A stretch of 59,141 nucleotides of DNA, the filler included, from Sphacelaria rigidula (taxonomy: Eukaryota): assembly GCA_964200075.2 (NCBI GenBank). It is 9 parts of 9 records of this genome, joined end to end, with 100 filler letters (N's around TTAATTAATTAA, not from the genome) between each part and the next. Parts side by side here need not be neighbours in the genome. Positions count along the whole stretch, not along the records: positions 19,750 to 26,231 come from CAXNAA020019815.1; positions 26,332 to 32,813 come from CAXNAA020019816.1; positions 32,914 to 39,395 come from CAXNAA020019817.1; 6 more parts are not named here. The stretch is one strand, 5' to 3'. Below, one piece after another: positions 23,151-36,100 of this stretch. The notes under the pieces are model-generated. The model was not told where the DNA came from and did not search any database. It saw only the letters and a list, made by a program, of their open reading frames with translations. The translations under genes were made by a program, and so were the position numbers. Every line of letters starts with the position of its first letter. Positions within the stretch are counted from its first letter, which is position 1.

Positions 23151-25354
23151 GTTTTTTTCATGTTCGTACATGAGAAGTAGCATTACGTGATCAACGCTAC
23201 AGGCTAGGCCGCCCAAGATGCGAACAGGAATGTTGACACGCGAGTCTTGAGCTAAAGTTTGAGTCGTTTTTGATGAGTTTCTGGCATGATGTACAGGACG
23301 TACATGCAAAGATCCCCAATATCACCCGTGTGTGTTTTTTTTTCGTTAGTTTTTGGCGATTTTGTTCCAAAATAAATGTTCTGAAATGTTCCGTTGCTAC
23401 ATGCAATGACCCCCAAAATCACCCCTGTGTGGTTTTTCTTCTTCCTTCGTTATTGGCGATTTTGCTCCGAAATATTTGTTCTGAAAAGTTCCGTTGCCAA
23501 TAACTCACGACGAAAAAAAGGGGGGGAGACTTTGGGGGTCCCTGCATATACGTCCTGTACATCATATCAGAATTTTATCAAAAACAACTCAAAATTTAGC
23601 TCAAGACTGGCGTCATTCTGTCGTAAACCGGTTCTCGTGGTATGTGGAGATGGACCAACCACGAATAATTCAAACGCAATTATGCTGCTCTATTTCAAGT
23701 TGTTTTTGACGAAAGTTTGACGCCATGTACGGGACGTATGTGCGTAGACCTTTTCTTACCCCCCATGTTTGATTTTTCCTAAAATATGTCCTGTACATCA
23801 TGTCAGAATTTCGTCGAAAACGATTAAAAATTGAGCTCGGGAATTGCGTCATTCTCTCGAAATCCAGTTCCTGAGTGGAAATGGAACCTTAGCCGGAAGT
23901 TCGCCTTTGACTTGTCTTCTTCTACTTTCGGCTCGGAGATCTTCACAAACTGTTCGTTGGTTCGCACACTACCACCAGATGCCTTGGCGCGCTGGGGGCC
24001 TCGTCTGCGCCCATATTGGATACTGCGCGCCTAGTGCGACATGTGTTGTTGTACGATCGCAGCTTGTGCGGCACCACGCGGTACAACGGACTGTAACCGA
24101 AAATCCAATTTCAGCCATTTTCTTTTGGCTGATTCCGCCGCACATGGTACCATCAACTCTCTACACTTTACACTTTCGCGGTTGACTACAGTTTAAATTT
24201 CGTTTGATGAGAGCTTGTCGGATCGCAGTGCTACACGGATTTGAAGACGTGCGCAGTTTTGCCGATCACCACCATGTGTCATAGAGGTGTCTCAACCTCG
24301 GCTGCCGGTATCCTGGTTTATTCGTTGGCTCCGAGTTGTTCACCATGTTTTCAAGTGAAAGTGATTGCGATTCATAGGAGGACCTGCTCTGGCGTTCAAA
24401 GTGTCTCATCATGTGATGAATCGGCATCATTTTCACTTGCAAAATAGAACAAAACAGACAGGATACCGGAAGCCGAGTTTGAGATACCGCTAGCAGGCAT
24501 AACTCGCGATACATCGTTAGTTAGAACGGGTTGAAGGGAAGTGAGCTTCTTCGGCGGCCCAGCCTCTATGAAAACTTGAAAAGCAGTGCTTATCATTTTC
24601 TACGAGGCGTATGCATAATTTCATAATTTCAAGGTGGTGTTCTGTAGGGTACGGTTTTCTGCATACCCGGGGTACTTTGTCGGGTATTTACCGTACCTGC
24701 CAGTTCTATGACTTCTGTAAGACTTTCATCCCGGTACCCGACAGTTCTGCAATCTCTGTAAGACTTTCATACCCTTACCCGATAATCCTGTAATCTCTGT
24801 AAGACTCCCGTACCGTTCCCGGGAGGCACGGATACGCTCTTGATAAGATACCTGATTACGGGTGAACCGTCAGAATGGATCACCCCCAGACTCGAGTGGT
24901 GGCTCGACCGGGGACGGTTCATCTGCGCCACCAGGGGGTCAAGTAGCAAGACGCACGTCATCGATGTTGATGGTGATTGTGTCGTGGTCATCAAACCCCA
25001 GGTCATTATCGACATCTTGTACAAAACAGAGTATGAGCTGCCACCGAAAGTCGTCAATAAGGCCGCCGGCGATTTTGTCGCTGCCGAAGGGCTTCCAGAG
25101 AACGGGCAGCCATGAATGCTCCTTCATGTACTCTCTGGGAGTATACGTGAAGCCGATGGATGTTGACGATCCCGTGCACATGTACTACTGCGATTGTTCG
25201 TGTAGTCTTTCTCTATCAATCTCGTGAAGTCGTTCAGAGTTTTCGTGAACTACCATCTGTATTTCGCCACTGTTGTACAGACGTAGGTCCCACCACAGGG
25301 AGGGGTGGTGATAATACCAAGGTCGTGTTTTGTAGGGTACGGTTTTCTGTATGT

Positions 25355-25520
25355 GTTGTGTGTTGTCGTCCCATCTATTCTGGACGCAGGTCTACATCTT
25401 TTGGTATATGTGGGCGCACCAGCCAGGGTCACACAGGAAGAAGGTCTACACAGGAAGTTTTTCTTCTTTGTTTTTAGTACCCCACCTTCCTTCTGCGGTG
25501 CTCGCCTTTATTATTATTAG
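25355..25520 (+). repeat. Interspersed repeat beginning after a TG-rich run; second copy at ~39330-39395
   Basis: TTGTCGTCCCAT...ATTCTGG.CGC.....TATGTGGGCGCA.CAGC occurs in two contigs. Confidence 0.65.
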
Positions 25521-26699
25521 AGCAATGGACTAGAAAGGTATACCTTCTCGTTTTTTGCCCAAGAGAGGTACGAAAAATGACCAGAAACGCGAAAACAGCC
25601 AAACACGCCATTTTGACCGTTTTCGCTACGAATGTTTCACGCACATCATCCGGGGGGGGCATTGGCACCCCGGTCTCGAAAAAAAACGGGAAAAAAACAT
25701 GTTACTCGAGAGATATGGCCACGCGAAAACGGACGTCTCGCCTTCAGAAACCACTTACCTTTTGTAGGCCAAATTTCGCCCAGGTATACCTGATCTAGGA
25801 ATATTTTTCAATCGTACCTTTTCTGGGCCACCGATCGGCCGAGAACGTACCTGTGCTAGGCCATCGCTCTCTAAACTGTACCTGATGCGGCACATCGCGC
25901 GCAAGGGAGTCTACGCGTCAACTCCAACCATGGCGCCCACACCTTCGGCTCTTTTCCCGCTCATTTGCCGTTAATGGGCGGCACAACGACCACGCTCCCT
26001 TCTCCCCGGAAATGGTTCTCAGGTCTCTCCGCTGTTACTTTTCTGTCTCTAGCTCTCTTTGCGTGACGACCAGTACTGTATCCGTTGCTTAAACCAACCA
26101 TCGATGATGCGAAAATCGCCCGTTGGTGGCGGAAAAGCCAAGCTTGACCCTGACACCAGCCCCGAGATCGCAAAAGTACAACAGTGTTCCACAACCCACT
26201 GGATCACAAGAGACCGACGTGCTTTAAGTTGNNNNNNNNNNNNNNNNNNNNNNNNNNNNNNNNNNNNNNNNNNNNTTAATTAATTAANNNNNNNNNNNNN
26301 NNNNNNNNNNNNNNNNNNNNNNNNNNNNNNNGTAGGACCCCAACATTTCGGTTATTGACATCCAAATTTTTAGGACATGTAGCAGTTATAATTAGCTACC
26401 AGATTAGCTACCAGTAGGTAAAGAAGTAGAACCATATTTCGAAGATTTAGTGTGGATACGAAGATTTTAATCCTCCGGGTTCTCATCCTCAATGAAAAGC
26501 ACCATCCTCAACATAGATGATCGGCTGTTTACTAGACGTGACCATCTTTCTCGTAGCTCATAGCCGGCGACGACTCTCAGGTGATGACAAACGATGAGCC
26601 TCGTCTGAGCCAAATAGCAACAAAAAATATACAACATTTCGCATGAAGCACATAATATCTCGGCACTAGTCAGACGGCATCGAAGTGTAACCCTTACAT

Positions 26700-27130
26700 G
26701 AAACACGGGGTTTTACGAATTGGGGATGGATTTTTTTATTGGGAATGGGAACCCGGAGAATTAAAACATTTGTATCTACACAAAATCTTCGAAATATGGT
26801 TCCATTTCTTCACTGGTAGCTATCGACAACTACCACACGCCATAAAAATGTGGATTTCGATAACCGAAATATTGGGGTCCCAGGTGAATAATCAATTTTG
26901 GGTCATTTAGGTGACCCGATCGGACGCCAGAATTGGTTTTTCACCGGGGACCCCGACATTTCGGTTATCGAACTTAGTTATGGTATGTCGTGCAGTAGTT
27001 GTCAATAGCTACCACCAAGCGAAGAAATCGAACCATATTTCGAAGATGTGGTGTGGATACGAAGATTTTGATTCTCCGGGTTCTCATCCCCAATGAAAAA
27101 ATCCATCCTCGACTTGTGAAATCCCGTCTT
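26700..27130. mobile_element. Foldback/MITE with ~180-bp arms; extra arm copies at 26332-26530 and 1-60; related TIR-bounded element at ~41900-42545
   Basis: ACCATATTTCGAAGAT..TGTGGATACGAAGATTTT..TCCGGGTTCTCATCC.CAATGAAAA is present twice in direct and once in inverted orientation. Confidence 0.75.
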
Positions 27131-28309
27131 GTAACCGTATCATCACTGAATCGAACGGCCACAAGTCTCATATATATACATGATATTACTACCAGACGAC
27201 AAATACAAAAGTGGATTCCTATTATCGCGGTGTCATCCCTTACCTCTAAAAGCGACGTGAATATGACACAGGTAATCTACAACAACAGTAGTAGTGGATG
27301 AGGTAAAAAAAAATGCCGGAACGTGATGCATTGATTGTCACATCCAGATACAGACGTTGGGAATATAAAGGAGGACATCATGGCCGTAGCGTTGCTTGGT
27401 GGGACAACATGTACAAGAAGGGTAGACTGTTTTTCAATCTCTGCGTCTGTCAAAACTGGTTTTGCGACACATGTGGCCGTCGCAACGTCGGAAAATGATG
27501 GAGGAATAATGTATGTGCAAGAACAGAGGCACGGATAAAGCACGGAAATCTGAAAATTGTGACTCGGTTCTACACTGGTTCGAGCAATCTGCACCCCGAC
27601 TTTGACGCGGACTAACTGCTTTTACAGCCCGAGAGCCTACTCTTGGAAGTTTTTTTTGCAGTCAGCTAGGTACTCCTTAGTCGAGAGAGGGGATGATCTC
27701 ATTCATGTGCAAATGATGCCGACTCAACCCCCAACCCACGATCCTGGTCACACATATCGCTGGCATAGGTTATCTGATTGATGACTATATATGTGGCCAC
27801 TCGAAGGCTTTTACAACCAATTGTCCTCGGGACAATATTTTGAGTCCCTGAATGATAATGATAATCCAATACCACGCTGTTTGTAGATTTTCGTACAGGT
27901 TTCCTCCTAGTCGTACACTGCAGTAAAAATTCCCAACTCTTTGAGTTCGACGGGTTCACTCTTTCATAGCCGGCAGCATGCTTCTCCTGGGTCTGTTTCA
28001 AGTGAAAGTTATTCCCATTCAACACACGGCTTTGGCGATCGAAGGGAACACACCGACCGGGGTGGACCTTCGGCTGAATCGGCATGACTTTTGCTTGAAA
28101 ATACATACACGACCCGGGTGACCCACCCCGGCGGTCCATGGATTGGATCCCTATTTTTTTGACAACTTATTGTCGTTGACCCTATAGTGCAAAGCTATCT
28201 CGGAAAAAACAAACCTCTCGACTCGACCTGTTTCGAGCCGTTTCGGGTGATGAACCGAAGTCCCAACTCTTTTCGGTTTGCCGCAACCTCTCAAAGCATC
28301 TCCTCAACC

Positions 28310-28480
28310 TTTAGATAACTCATGCTCCGAGAGAATGCCGTTGTAGTTACACCGAAACTGCAACAAGCTTGAGCCGGCAACAGGAGTACAAGAAATGCCA
28401 CCATCATTTTCCAAGAAGTATCCAGTTCGATTCAAAGATCCGAAATGTGACCAGACCGCCGCAGAGCGAACTGGCGCGAC
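28310..28480 (-). pseudogene. Possible BED zinc-finger remnant (hAT-type transposase N-terminus)
   Basis: The translation VRSAAVWSHF...ISC...NGILSEH resembles the BED signature S.VW.HF...C..C....T..L..H. The second Cys would need a frameshift. Confidence 0.25.
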
Positions 28481-30995
28481 CCCCACCCAACTCATCACAT
28501 CCCAGCCTGTCTTCCTCAGTTCACCACTAGGCAAAATAGAAAACCGTTGTTGTTCAAGAGTATCATCATCAGGGTCAGGTGAGATTTTCGTTGCGTTACC
28601 AACCTTGTACTTCATGCGCGTGCATCCATATGTCTCGTCGTCGCGTTTATGCAGGCGTCGTTGTACAAGCGTCTCCAGTAGTATGGTGTTGAGGGTAGCT
28701 GTAGTGAGGGAGTGATCATGGTTGGTAACTTGGTTGTGGACTGGGATAATACTTACTTGAGCCGTTGGCACGCGATGCAGATGGTGGGAGGGTTTGAGCG
28801 AGAGGGTGAACGGGAGAATCTGGTCTCGACCACAGCAGTATGCTTCGGTGTTGAGCTATGTAAACGATCACGTTTTGTGTACAGTACACCGTACACCGAG
28901 CGTGTTAATGGCTGGTACATGATATTTCAACGAGCAGCGCCTCCCGATACATGCCAAGATCTGCCGCACCACTGCTGTGGTCGAAGTTGGAAGCTGTGTA
29001 TTTCGGCTGATCTTACGTTCATTTCACTCGAAACTTGCAAAACATCGTGCGGCGACACTTTCACGTCGTTCTAATCTGATCAATTTTCTGGGTTGAGTTG
29101 GGCAGCAGTACAGGTTGTGGGCTCGACAGTCGCTTCGGAAGTACGCAGTGTCGCACTCGACTGGTGTCTGAAACATGGCAAACGTTTCAACTTTTCCTCT
29201 CATGAACATCTCGCATATGTCCCGGTCTTTCCATGGGAAAAAAGATCTGGCCGTGTAGGAAAATGTAGACGGACCATCAGGGTCGGGTGCGTCGTGCGGA
29301 TAAAGGTGTCTTCGTTCAAGTGAAAGTGATGCCGATGCTACAGTGACCCCCCGTGGCTTTCAGTGGATTATTAGGGTGCGTTGACACACGGTGCTGCAGA
29401 TGCGTTTGTTGGTGCGCATGATAACCCACGCCTAGCAATTCAGGCCATGGTATTTCTTCACTGCATCAATAGAATTTTTGTTGCTTCATGCCGCGGCAGG
29501 CGTTTCTTGGTACACACGGCCAGTCGTATACGGCATACGACGGGGCCGTTTTCTGGCATGGTACATCGAAGCTTAACCCTTGGACAGTGAGAGTAGGTCA
29601 CCTGTTGAATCGGCATCAATTTCACTCGAAAAAAGTATGCATGATCCAGGAAGACTAACCTCGCGGTCTAAGGGTTAAACTATTCTGTGTTGTACTGACT
29701 AGAACCAAACCGGAATTATTGGGACCCATCAGATCCTGTCAAATATGAAACATCGGAGGTCCGTTCAGTAGGATGTGTGTTTTCGCGGGTTGGTCATCAA
29801 GAACGTAGCTACAACATGCCCCAAAAACGTCTAGTTTTAACCATGAACCCCATTCTGATCCTACCCTGACCGCCATACATGGCAAGATCCCGTGGGCAAG
29901 CTGGGGGGTACGGAGGGACCCCTGAGAAGAGCTCGAGAACGAAGGGCGAAATCACCATCTACTCTACATCAATTTTTGGTTCCGTTTTTGAAATCTGGCA
30001 ACCAACTACTGCAGCCGGATTTTCCAAGGGTCGGACGAATCATATCCTGTTCGAAACAAATCTTTTTGTCCAGTAGAGTGATTTTTTACCCCTCATGCCT
30101 TGGAGGAAGCAAGAAGTTGACAATGGTTCTACAGAGTGAACCAAGTTTTTGCGCCATTTCAAGTGCGTGGGACATGCGTACCTGGTTTGCAACGATTAAA
30201 CAAATCCGAAGTCCAGATGAATCAACCCCGAATGGGTGGCACTTTCAACGAGAGCTTTCCCTTCGCGCCAAAACTAGTCAGTAAGTGTCACAAATACGGT
30301 TACACAAGGCCTCAAGTTTGGTTTCAGGCTGCATTGAGGGCCTGGTTTCAGGGACATTGAGAAGGATTCCAAACTTCAAAATTCCCAGTTTCTTGTTGTG
30401 GTCAGCTTGTTTATTTCGATTTTACAGGTGAAATTTGTCCTCCCAAACTCGAGACGTTACCAACTGGTCGGAAAAAATGGTTGAAACAGAAACATACTCG
30501 TTCTAGTGTTGGTCGGGGCGATGGATGAAACCAACAGATACAGGTGAGCAGTGGTGAGCAGAAGACCTAGCTTGTCTAAAACGTGTTTTGTTCCAAAATC
30601 GGCTGAAGGGCGTCGATTTGAGCTCTGGCAACGCACACTTTGCCCAGGGAATATTCCGCACCCTCTTGCCCGAGTGTTCTCGGGATGCCTTGGTCGGGGT
30701 TAGGGTTGGGGTTAGCGTTAGGGTTGGCCGGGTCTCCATAGTGCGTCAACCATTTTTTCCGACCAGTTGGTAAAGAGGCCTCAACGAGCCACGTTTTTTT
30801 TTGGGGGGGGGGGGGTCTATCGTGAAAGTGTTGGATTGACTGCACTAAAATCAAGTAATTTCCAGACGATTGATCAACTCGTCTGAACCTTTATTTTCAG
30901 TGAAGCGGAATCGACGCTGGTTGGATATGTATGACGGCCAAGCAAAGAGCGCCACGTCTGCGCAGACAGTAAGTGAGGGCATCTAGTCCCTGTTG

Positions 30996-31345
30996 AGGAA
31001 GCGAACAGTTTACCTATTTAACCAGTGAAGCTTCCTGAACAAGAGATGCTGCGTGGTCCATTTGGCATGACACATCAGGGATCTCCGGGGCCTCTTGCCC
31101 CTTGCCCCTCGCAAACCTCACTGTTCACATGTAAAACTCATTCCTGCCACAATCGATCATGCCGGGATTCGAACCGCATATATTTTGTGCAGGAAGCGAA
31201 CATTGGACCAGGCAAGAGGCCCCGGAGATCCCTGATGTGTCATGCCGGGATGGACCACGTAGCATATCTTTTGTTCAAAATGCGTACAGTTTACATAGTG
31301 GACCAGTGAGCCCACTGGTTCAATGGGGAAACTGTTCGCTTCCTG
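30996..31345. mobile_element. Element with two nested inverted-repeat pairs and an internal tRNA B-box
   Basis: Outer IR 30996-31027 / 31313-31344 and inner IR 31044-31099 / 31211-31268. The minus strand has GGTTCGAATCC at ~31165-31175. Confidence 0.7.
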
Positions 31346-32149
31346 AACAGTGCCCTCTTCCTGCCTCGCATCCAACTTCCTCCCTACCCCCGAACACAAA
31401 CGGCAAAACAAAATGGGGATAAGACATGTGAACGGTTCGTGTAGTATTATCATGGAAGAACTATGACGGGCACAGATGTCGGAGGTGCCTCAATTCAGAG
31501 GAACACTCCGTCTCGAACGGGATGCGTGGTCAACGGTCGAATTACTTGAGGCAAGAAATGAACATATTCCCCCCCCCCTCCCAACACACGCCCACTCTTC
31601 GCTTCGTCCGTCCCGTCGGAGGAAGGACTCCAGTTTTGGGTTTATCACAAACTGAACATGCGTAAACGGTCTTTCCGGAGTTGGTTGTTCTTTCGAACGC
31701 CATCCAATTTTTGGAGAGGGGAGAAAACGGGTCAGCCAGGGGATCGACTAATTCAAGGCGGAGTGAATTGCTGTCTTGAGAATCTAGCTTTGAAGTTGTT
31801 CCAAGATCAATGCTTTCTTGGGATGTGGGGAATCTGGAAAAGCTGGCGCCCATGTAGACCTCGGTGTGCCTTTTTCGTGTCGGTGGACCATCCCGTGGGC
31901 CGTTCTTCATGATATCGCGGATCGAAGTGATCAATTGATCGATTGATTGTCGCACTTTCACTGACCCCCCAGGTATGATTTGAAATCGAGAAACGAATGA
32001 ACAAGACGCGAAATTGTCGTGATCACGAGCAGATGCCGGACACATGAGCTCGATAGCATGTCGAGATGATGTGGTGCTGACCTTCGCCCCGCTCATCCGC
32101 CCTGTCTGAACCACATCAGGTCGTGTTCGTCACAGGGGCGAAAATAAGA

Positions 32150-32297
32150 ATGAAGTCTTCCTTCAGAGCTGCCTTGGTGGTAGCCACGCTTTTGGCGGGC
32201 GCTACAGCGCAGTTCACGTTTAGTGATGACTCCGGTGGCGAAAGTACTGCTGTTGCGGAGGTCGTACAGCTTGAAGCAGGGGATGATCAGTCCACTG
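32150..32297 (+). CDS. Probable first coding exon of a secreted protein
   Basis: ATG at 32150 gives MKSSFRAALVVATLLAGATA|QFTFSDDSGGESTAVAEVVQLEAGDDQST, with a basic n-region, hydrophobic h-region and AxA cleavage site. It is followed by the donor G|GTGAG at 32298. Confidence 0.55.
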
Positions 32298-35200
32298 GTG
32301 AGATGAACCAAGTTATCAATTCCTACCGAATGCGTAGCTGCCGCTTGGCGTGGCTTTTGCATGTTTGAACGATCGAACTATACGTCGGCGTTCTTCCGTG
32401 GTTGAGTTGAGATCTCGTGTCCCTTAACCCTGATGGGGACCGGGCTCATGGAAACGTGATATTCGCATGCAAGGGACCTTTTTTGTGAATCGGCATCTAT
32501 ATTACAATAAAGAAGGCCTGTCGTGTAAACACCACATTTGTGGGCATCCGGTCTCAAAAGAGTTAAATCCGCGGGTAAAGACAGTATGTACCTAAAGGAG
32601 ATGAAACTCCCGATCGATGCATTTAGCGGATGGGCGTTCCATTTTTTTTGGAGATTAGGGCGTTATCGTGAAATATTCGTCACCATAGTAAAACGCCCTA
32701 CACCAGTGGAAAAAAATCACGGTTAGAACAAATCATCACGACACAAAATCACCAAATTCACGATTTCTTCTGCCTGCTTGCCCGAAAGGGAGGAAAAGTT
32801 GACCGCTGGTCTANNNNNNNNNNNNNNNNNNNNNNNNNNNNNNNNNNNNNNNNNNNNTTAATTAATTAANNNNNNNNNNNNNNNNNNNNNNNNNNNNNNN
32901 NNNNNNNNNNNNNTTCAAAGTGTGAGGAAAAAAAAAACGGGAGCCGTTCAAAATTTCTGTTCAAAATTGCCTTTTTGGCTCTTCTCCGTCGTTTTACGCC
33001 TGAAAAGAGGGCTAGGCGGATATTGACGCCTTGGAATGACTTGCTCTACTCAATGAGGCCGTTCCAGGGCAACTTTGCATATCCCGCTGGCCGCACTTTC
33101 TTTTTTGTTCGAACACGGATTTTCAATGAAAAACGGTCAAGCGATAAAAAAACAGCGGGGAATATTTGATCACCTGACCATTTTTTGCTGAAAATACGCG
33201 TTTGGCCTGATTTGGCCAAAACTAAAAGTGCGGCCAGCGGGAAATGCGCAGTTGCCCTAAAACATTCTTGACGAGGAGAGCAAGTCATGCCAAGGCGTCA
33301 ACATCCGCCTAGCTCTTCTCGGGCGTAGCTTGACGGAGAAGGACCCAAAAGGCAGTTTTCAAGAGGAATTCTGAACGACTCCCGTCAGAGTTTGCCCAAG
33401 ACACGCACTGAAAGGGTAAAATAAATGTGCGAACGAACGGATCAAACATTACGCCCGTGCCGGATCTTCCATCTTCTACTCATCACATAAAACATAGTTT
33501 CATAACCGATACAGATATCCAATCTTTGGCTCAACCTCTTGGTAGGAGTCATTGCCTTCACCATCTCCCAAATTAAATTAATCCCTTTCCACGCCTATCG
33601 TGGAGGACGGGGCCGCCGATAGGCGGCCCCGTCCGATTCTTGTATATGCTAAAATCAGGTAAATATATCATTTTTTCGCCACACGTATCATAGTGTGCGG
33701 GATTGAAATGTGATCTTCACCGCGTGTGTCTATGAGATCGTACCTTCTAGGAGACAGCACCATGGTATCGGAGGTAGCAAACGTTTGATCGTGATTTCCG
33801 CAGCGCCGAACAACCGCAATTGACTTTCCGGCAGCACCTACCAACCTCCCGTTTGAGGCAATAGCGTGAGAGTTGCTCAAATCACCTGCAGCAGTCAGCA
33901 AGAACAAACAGCATACCGCGCGAAACGAAGTAAGATAAACCATGCAAAATAAAGAGCGCCCCGCCGTTGCACTGCTCAGGGACTGATATTGGTCAGCGAT
34001 GATGTAGTAAAAGGTGTCAACCACTACCTGTACGAGTCGGGGGGGGGCGCGTGCTGGTTGAAAGGGGAGTGCTGGCACTGCCGCACCATGTTTCGGTGAC
34101 GCACTACACGTCGGCCTCGCGGTCTAAGGATTAACCCCAATGCCGCGTCTTAGGCTAGTTTTTATGGTAGTCATCGATCTCGATTTATACGCAGATCGGA
34201 GGACCAAATCAGGAAACGAATGACACGGACCCATATATGGACGAGGTCGGGGATGTGAAAATCGGGATGTCACGATTTGAGGAGGACCTTCCTCCATTTT
34301 TCGCCAACATCGAGGGGAACTTGAGGTTCACCCAATCTGTAGGAAGTGACGTACTTGCAGTGACGTACGGTGATAGGGCAAGAGGCGTTTGATATCAGTG
34401 CAACCCCAGCAAAAGACAGTCTCGTGACAGCGGAGGCCGTGCCTGCCCGCGCAAGCTGCTGGAGAAGCTTCGCACGAGGTGTCACAAGCGGATAAGGAGT
34501 ATTGACGCCATACCCTGCGCCGATGGTAATATTTTATGCGGCACTACGCTGCCGTGTGTATCACCATAACGAACGGTACTGTACAATCTTACTGTCTGTT
34601 GTCGCTGTACTTGCAGCGTGATGTTTGGCACTACACTGCTGAACTCTTCCCACAAATTGCTAACTGTTTCTTGCAATACCAACTGTGACATCATGTAGTA
34701 CCACATTGCATTATCGTGCACTGTCATGATGGATTGTACTACACTGTAATATTACCCTTGGGTAATACAGTATAACACTGTACACGAAGGATGATTCGCT
34801 GCCTGCCCGCTCTTCGGCTTGAATAGTACACGATACCACCCTCATGCAGAAATTAGGCTCACCTCTCACAGATAAGGGTAACTCAGAGTGAATTAAATGA
34901 TTTTCGCGCGCAGCACTATCACGGTCGAGCGTTTAAAAATCGGCACTCGGCAAGAAATGAGGACCCGTCTGAAATGAGGGGAAGAACGATCACATGGGAC
35001 ATGTGCTGTTTCACCGTGCTGCAGCACAAAGACACTCACGCCCTCTCTCATGTGCTGTGGCTGTCACTTCGCTGTGGTGTGTTCAGACCTTTGCGAAGAC
35101 GGTTTGGTCTCCGCTGGGACTGCGTCAGTTTCCTTACTGTCACTGCCTTCGTCTTACAGAAAAAAAAGGGAAATAATGTTTGTGGGACGCAGTGCTGTCA

Positions 35201-35930
35201 ACACACTGTTGTGTGTTGGTTGTTTCGTCTTTCGTCAAACGAACAAGGCGCTGCCCACACCCATCATTTCTACGCTGCAGTTATTGCTGTGTTGTTGTGC
35301 ATATCAACACTCTACGACGAACATAGTGTGGTGTGCGCTGGAGAGTACCTGAACCGTTGTACTGCTGCATGCCGTGTTTTGGTCTGCATAGAATTGGGGT
35401 GGGATCAAAGTGCTGTACACGAAGTTGAAACGATTACGTGACGACTGTGCAGCTGTCTGTTGCGTCTTCTGTGGTACTCCAGTTGTAGTCGGGTGATGTG
35501 ATCGGAGAAGACACCCTAGGCAAACGCGTGCAGGTTGGGGCAAACAAACTGAGCCAGCACGGAGCTGCTGTATCCCAAGCGATCGATGGCAGCAGCTGTC
35601 TGACTCGCAGCGGTGCAATGTGTGGGCGAATCACAGCTATTTGATCACTCAAATTCCACTCGAATCTCTCATCTGATTGAAGAAAGGTCGCCGCATTTCG
35701 GTATACTGAGAGGCTCTGATTGGTCGGAAAAAAATCTCAGTTAAAATTCTTGCCCCAACCTGTGGACCCTGTGCCGAAAATTACAGTCCGTGCACAGAAC
35801 TATTTCAGAAATCCGTACGACCATAAAACGGTCCCCACGGATCTGACTTTCGCAAACATGAGTCCCCCCGATCTTGCATAGATTGGAGTCTTCATAGAAT
35901 CGAGATTCGTCCCGGAAAAAGCTAGCCTTA

Positions 35931-36085
35931 GCACATCATATTTCGGTAAAAAAAATGCGGTGGAAAAGAAAAAATTCGATCTGATACGTCAACATTTCAA
36001 AGTAAATGACGATGGTTGAAATCACGACCTACTAGATCGGAATATTCCTTTTCTACCGCATATTTTCGATCGAAAAATGATGTGC
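35931..36085. mobile_element. ~155-bp MITE with ~50-bp imperfect TIRs; related end at ~6780-6943
   Basis: TTA-GCACATCAT...ATGCGGTGGAAA mirrored by TTTCTACCGCAT...ATGATGTGC-TAA. Confidence 0.7.
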
Positions 36086-36100
36086 TAAGACACACTCTAA

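Noticed and set aside
30696..30725. True chromosome end
   Set aside because: Only 4-5 degenerate TTAGGG units, internal to a contig.
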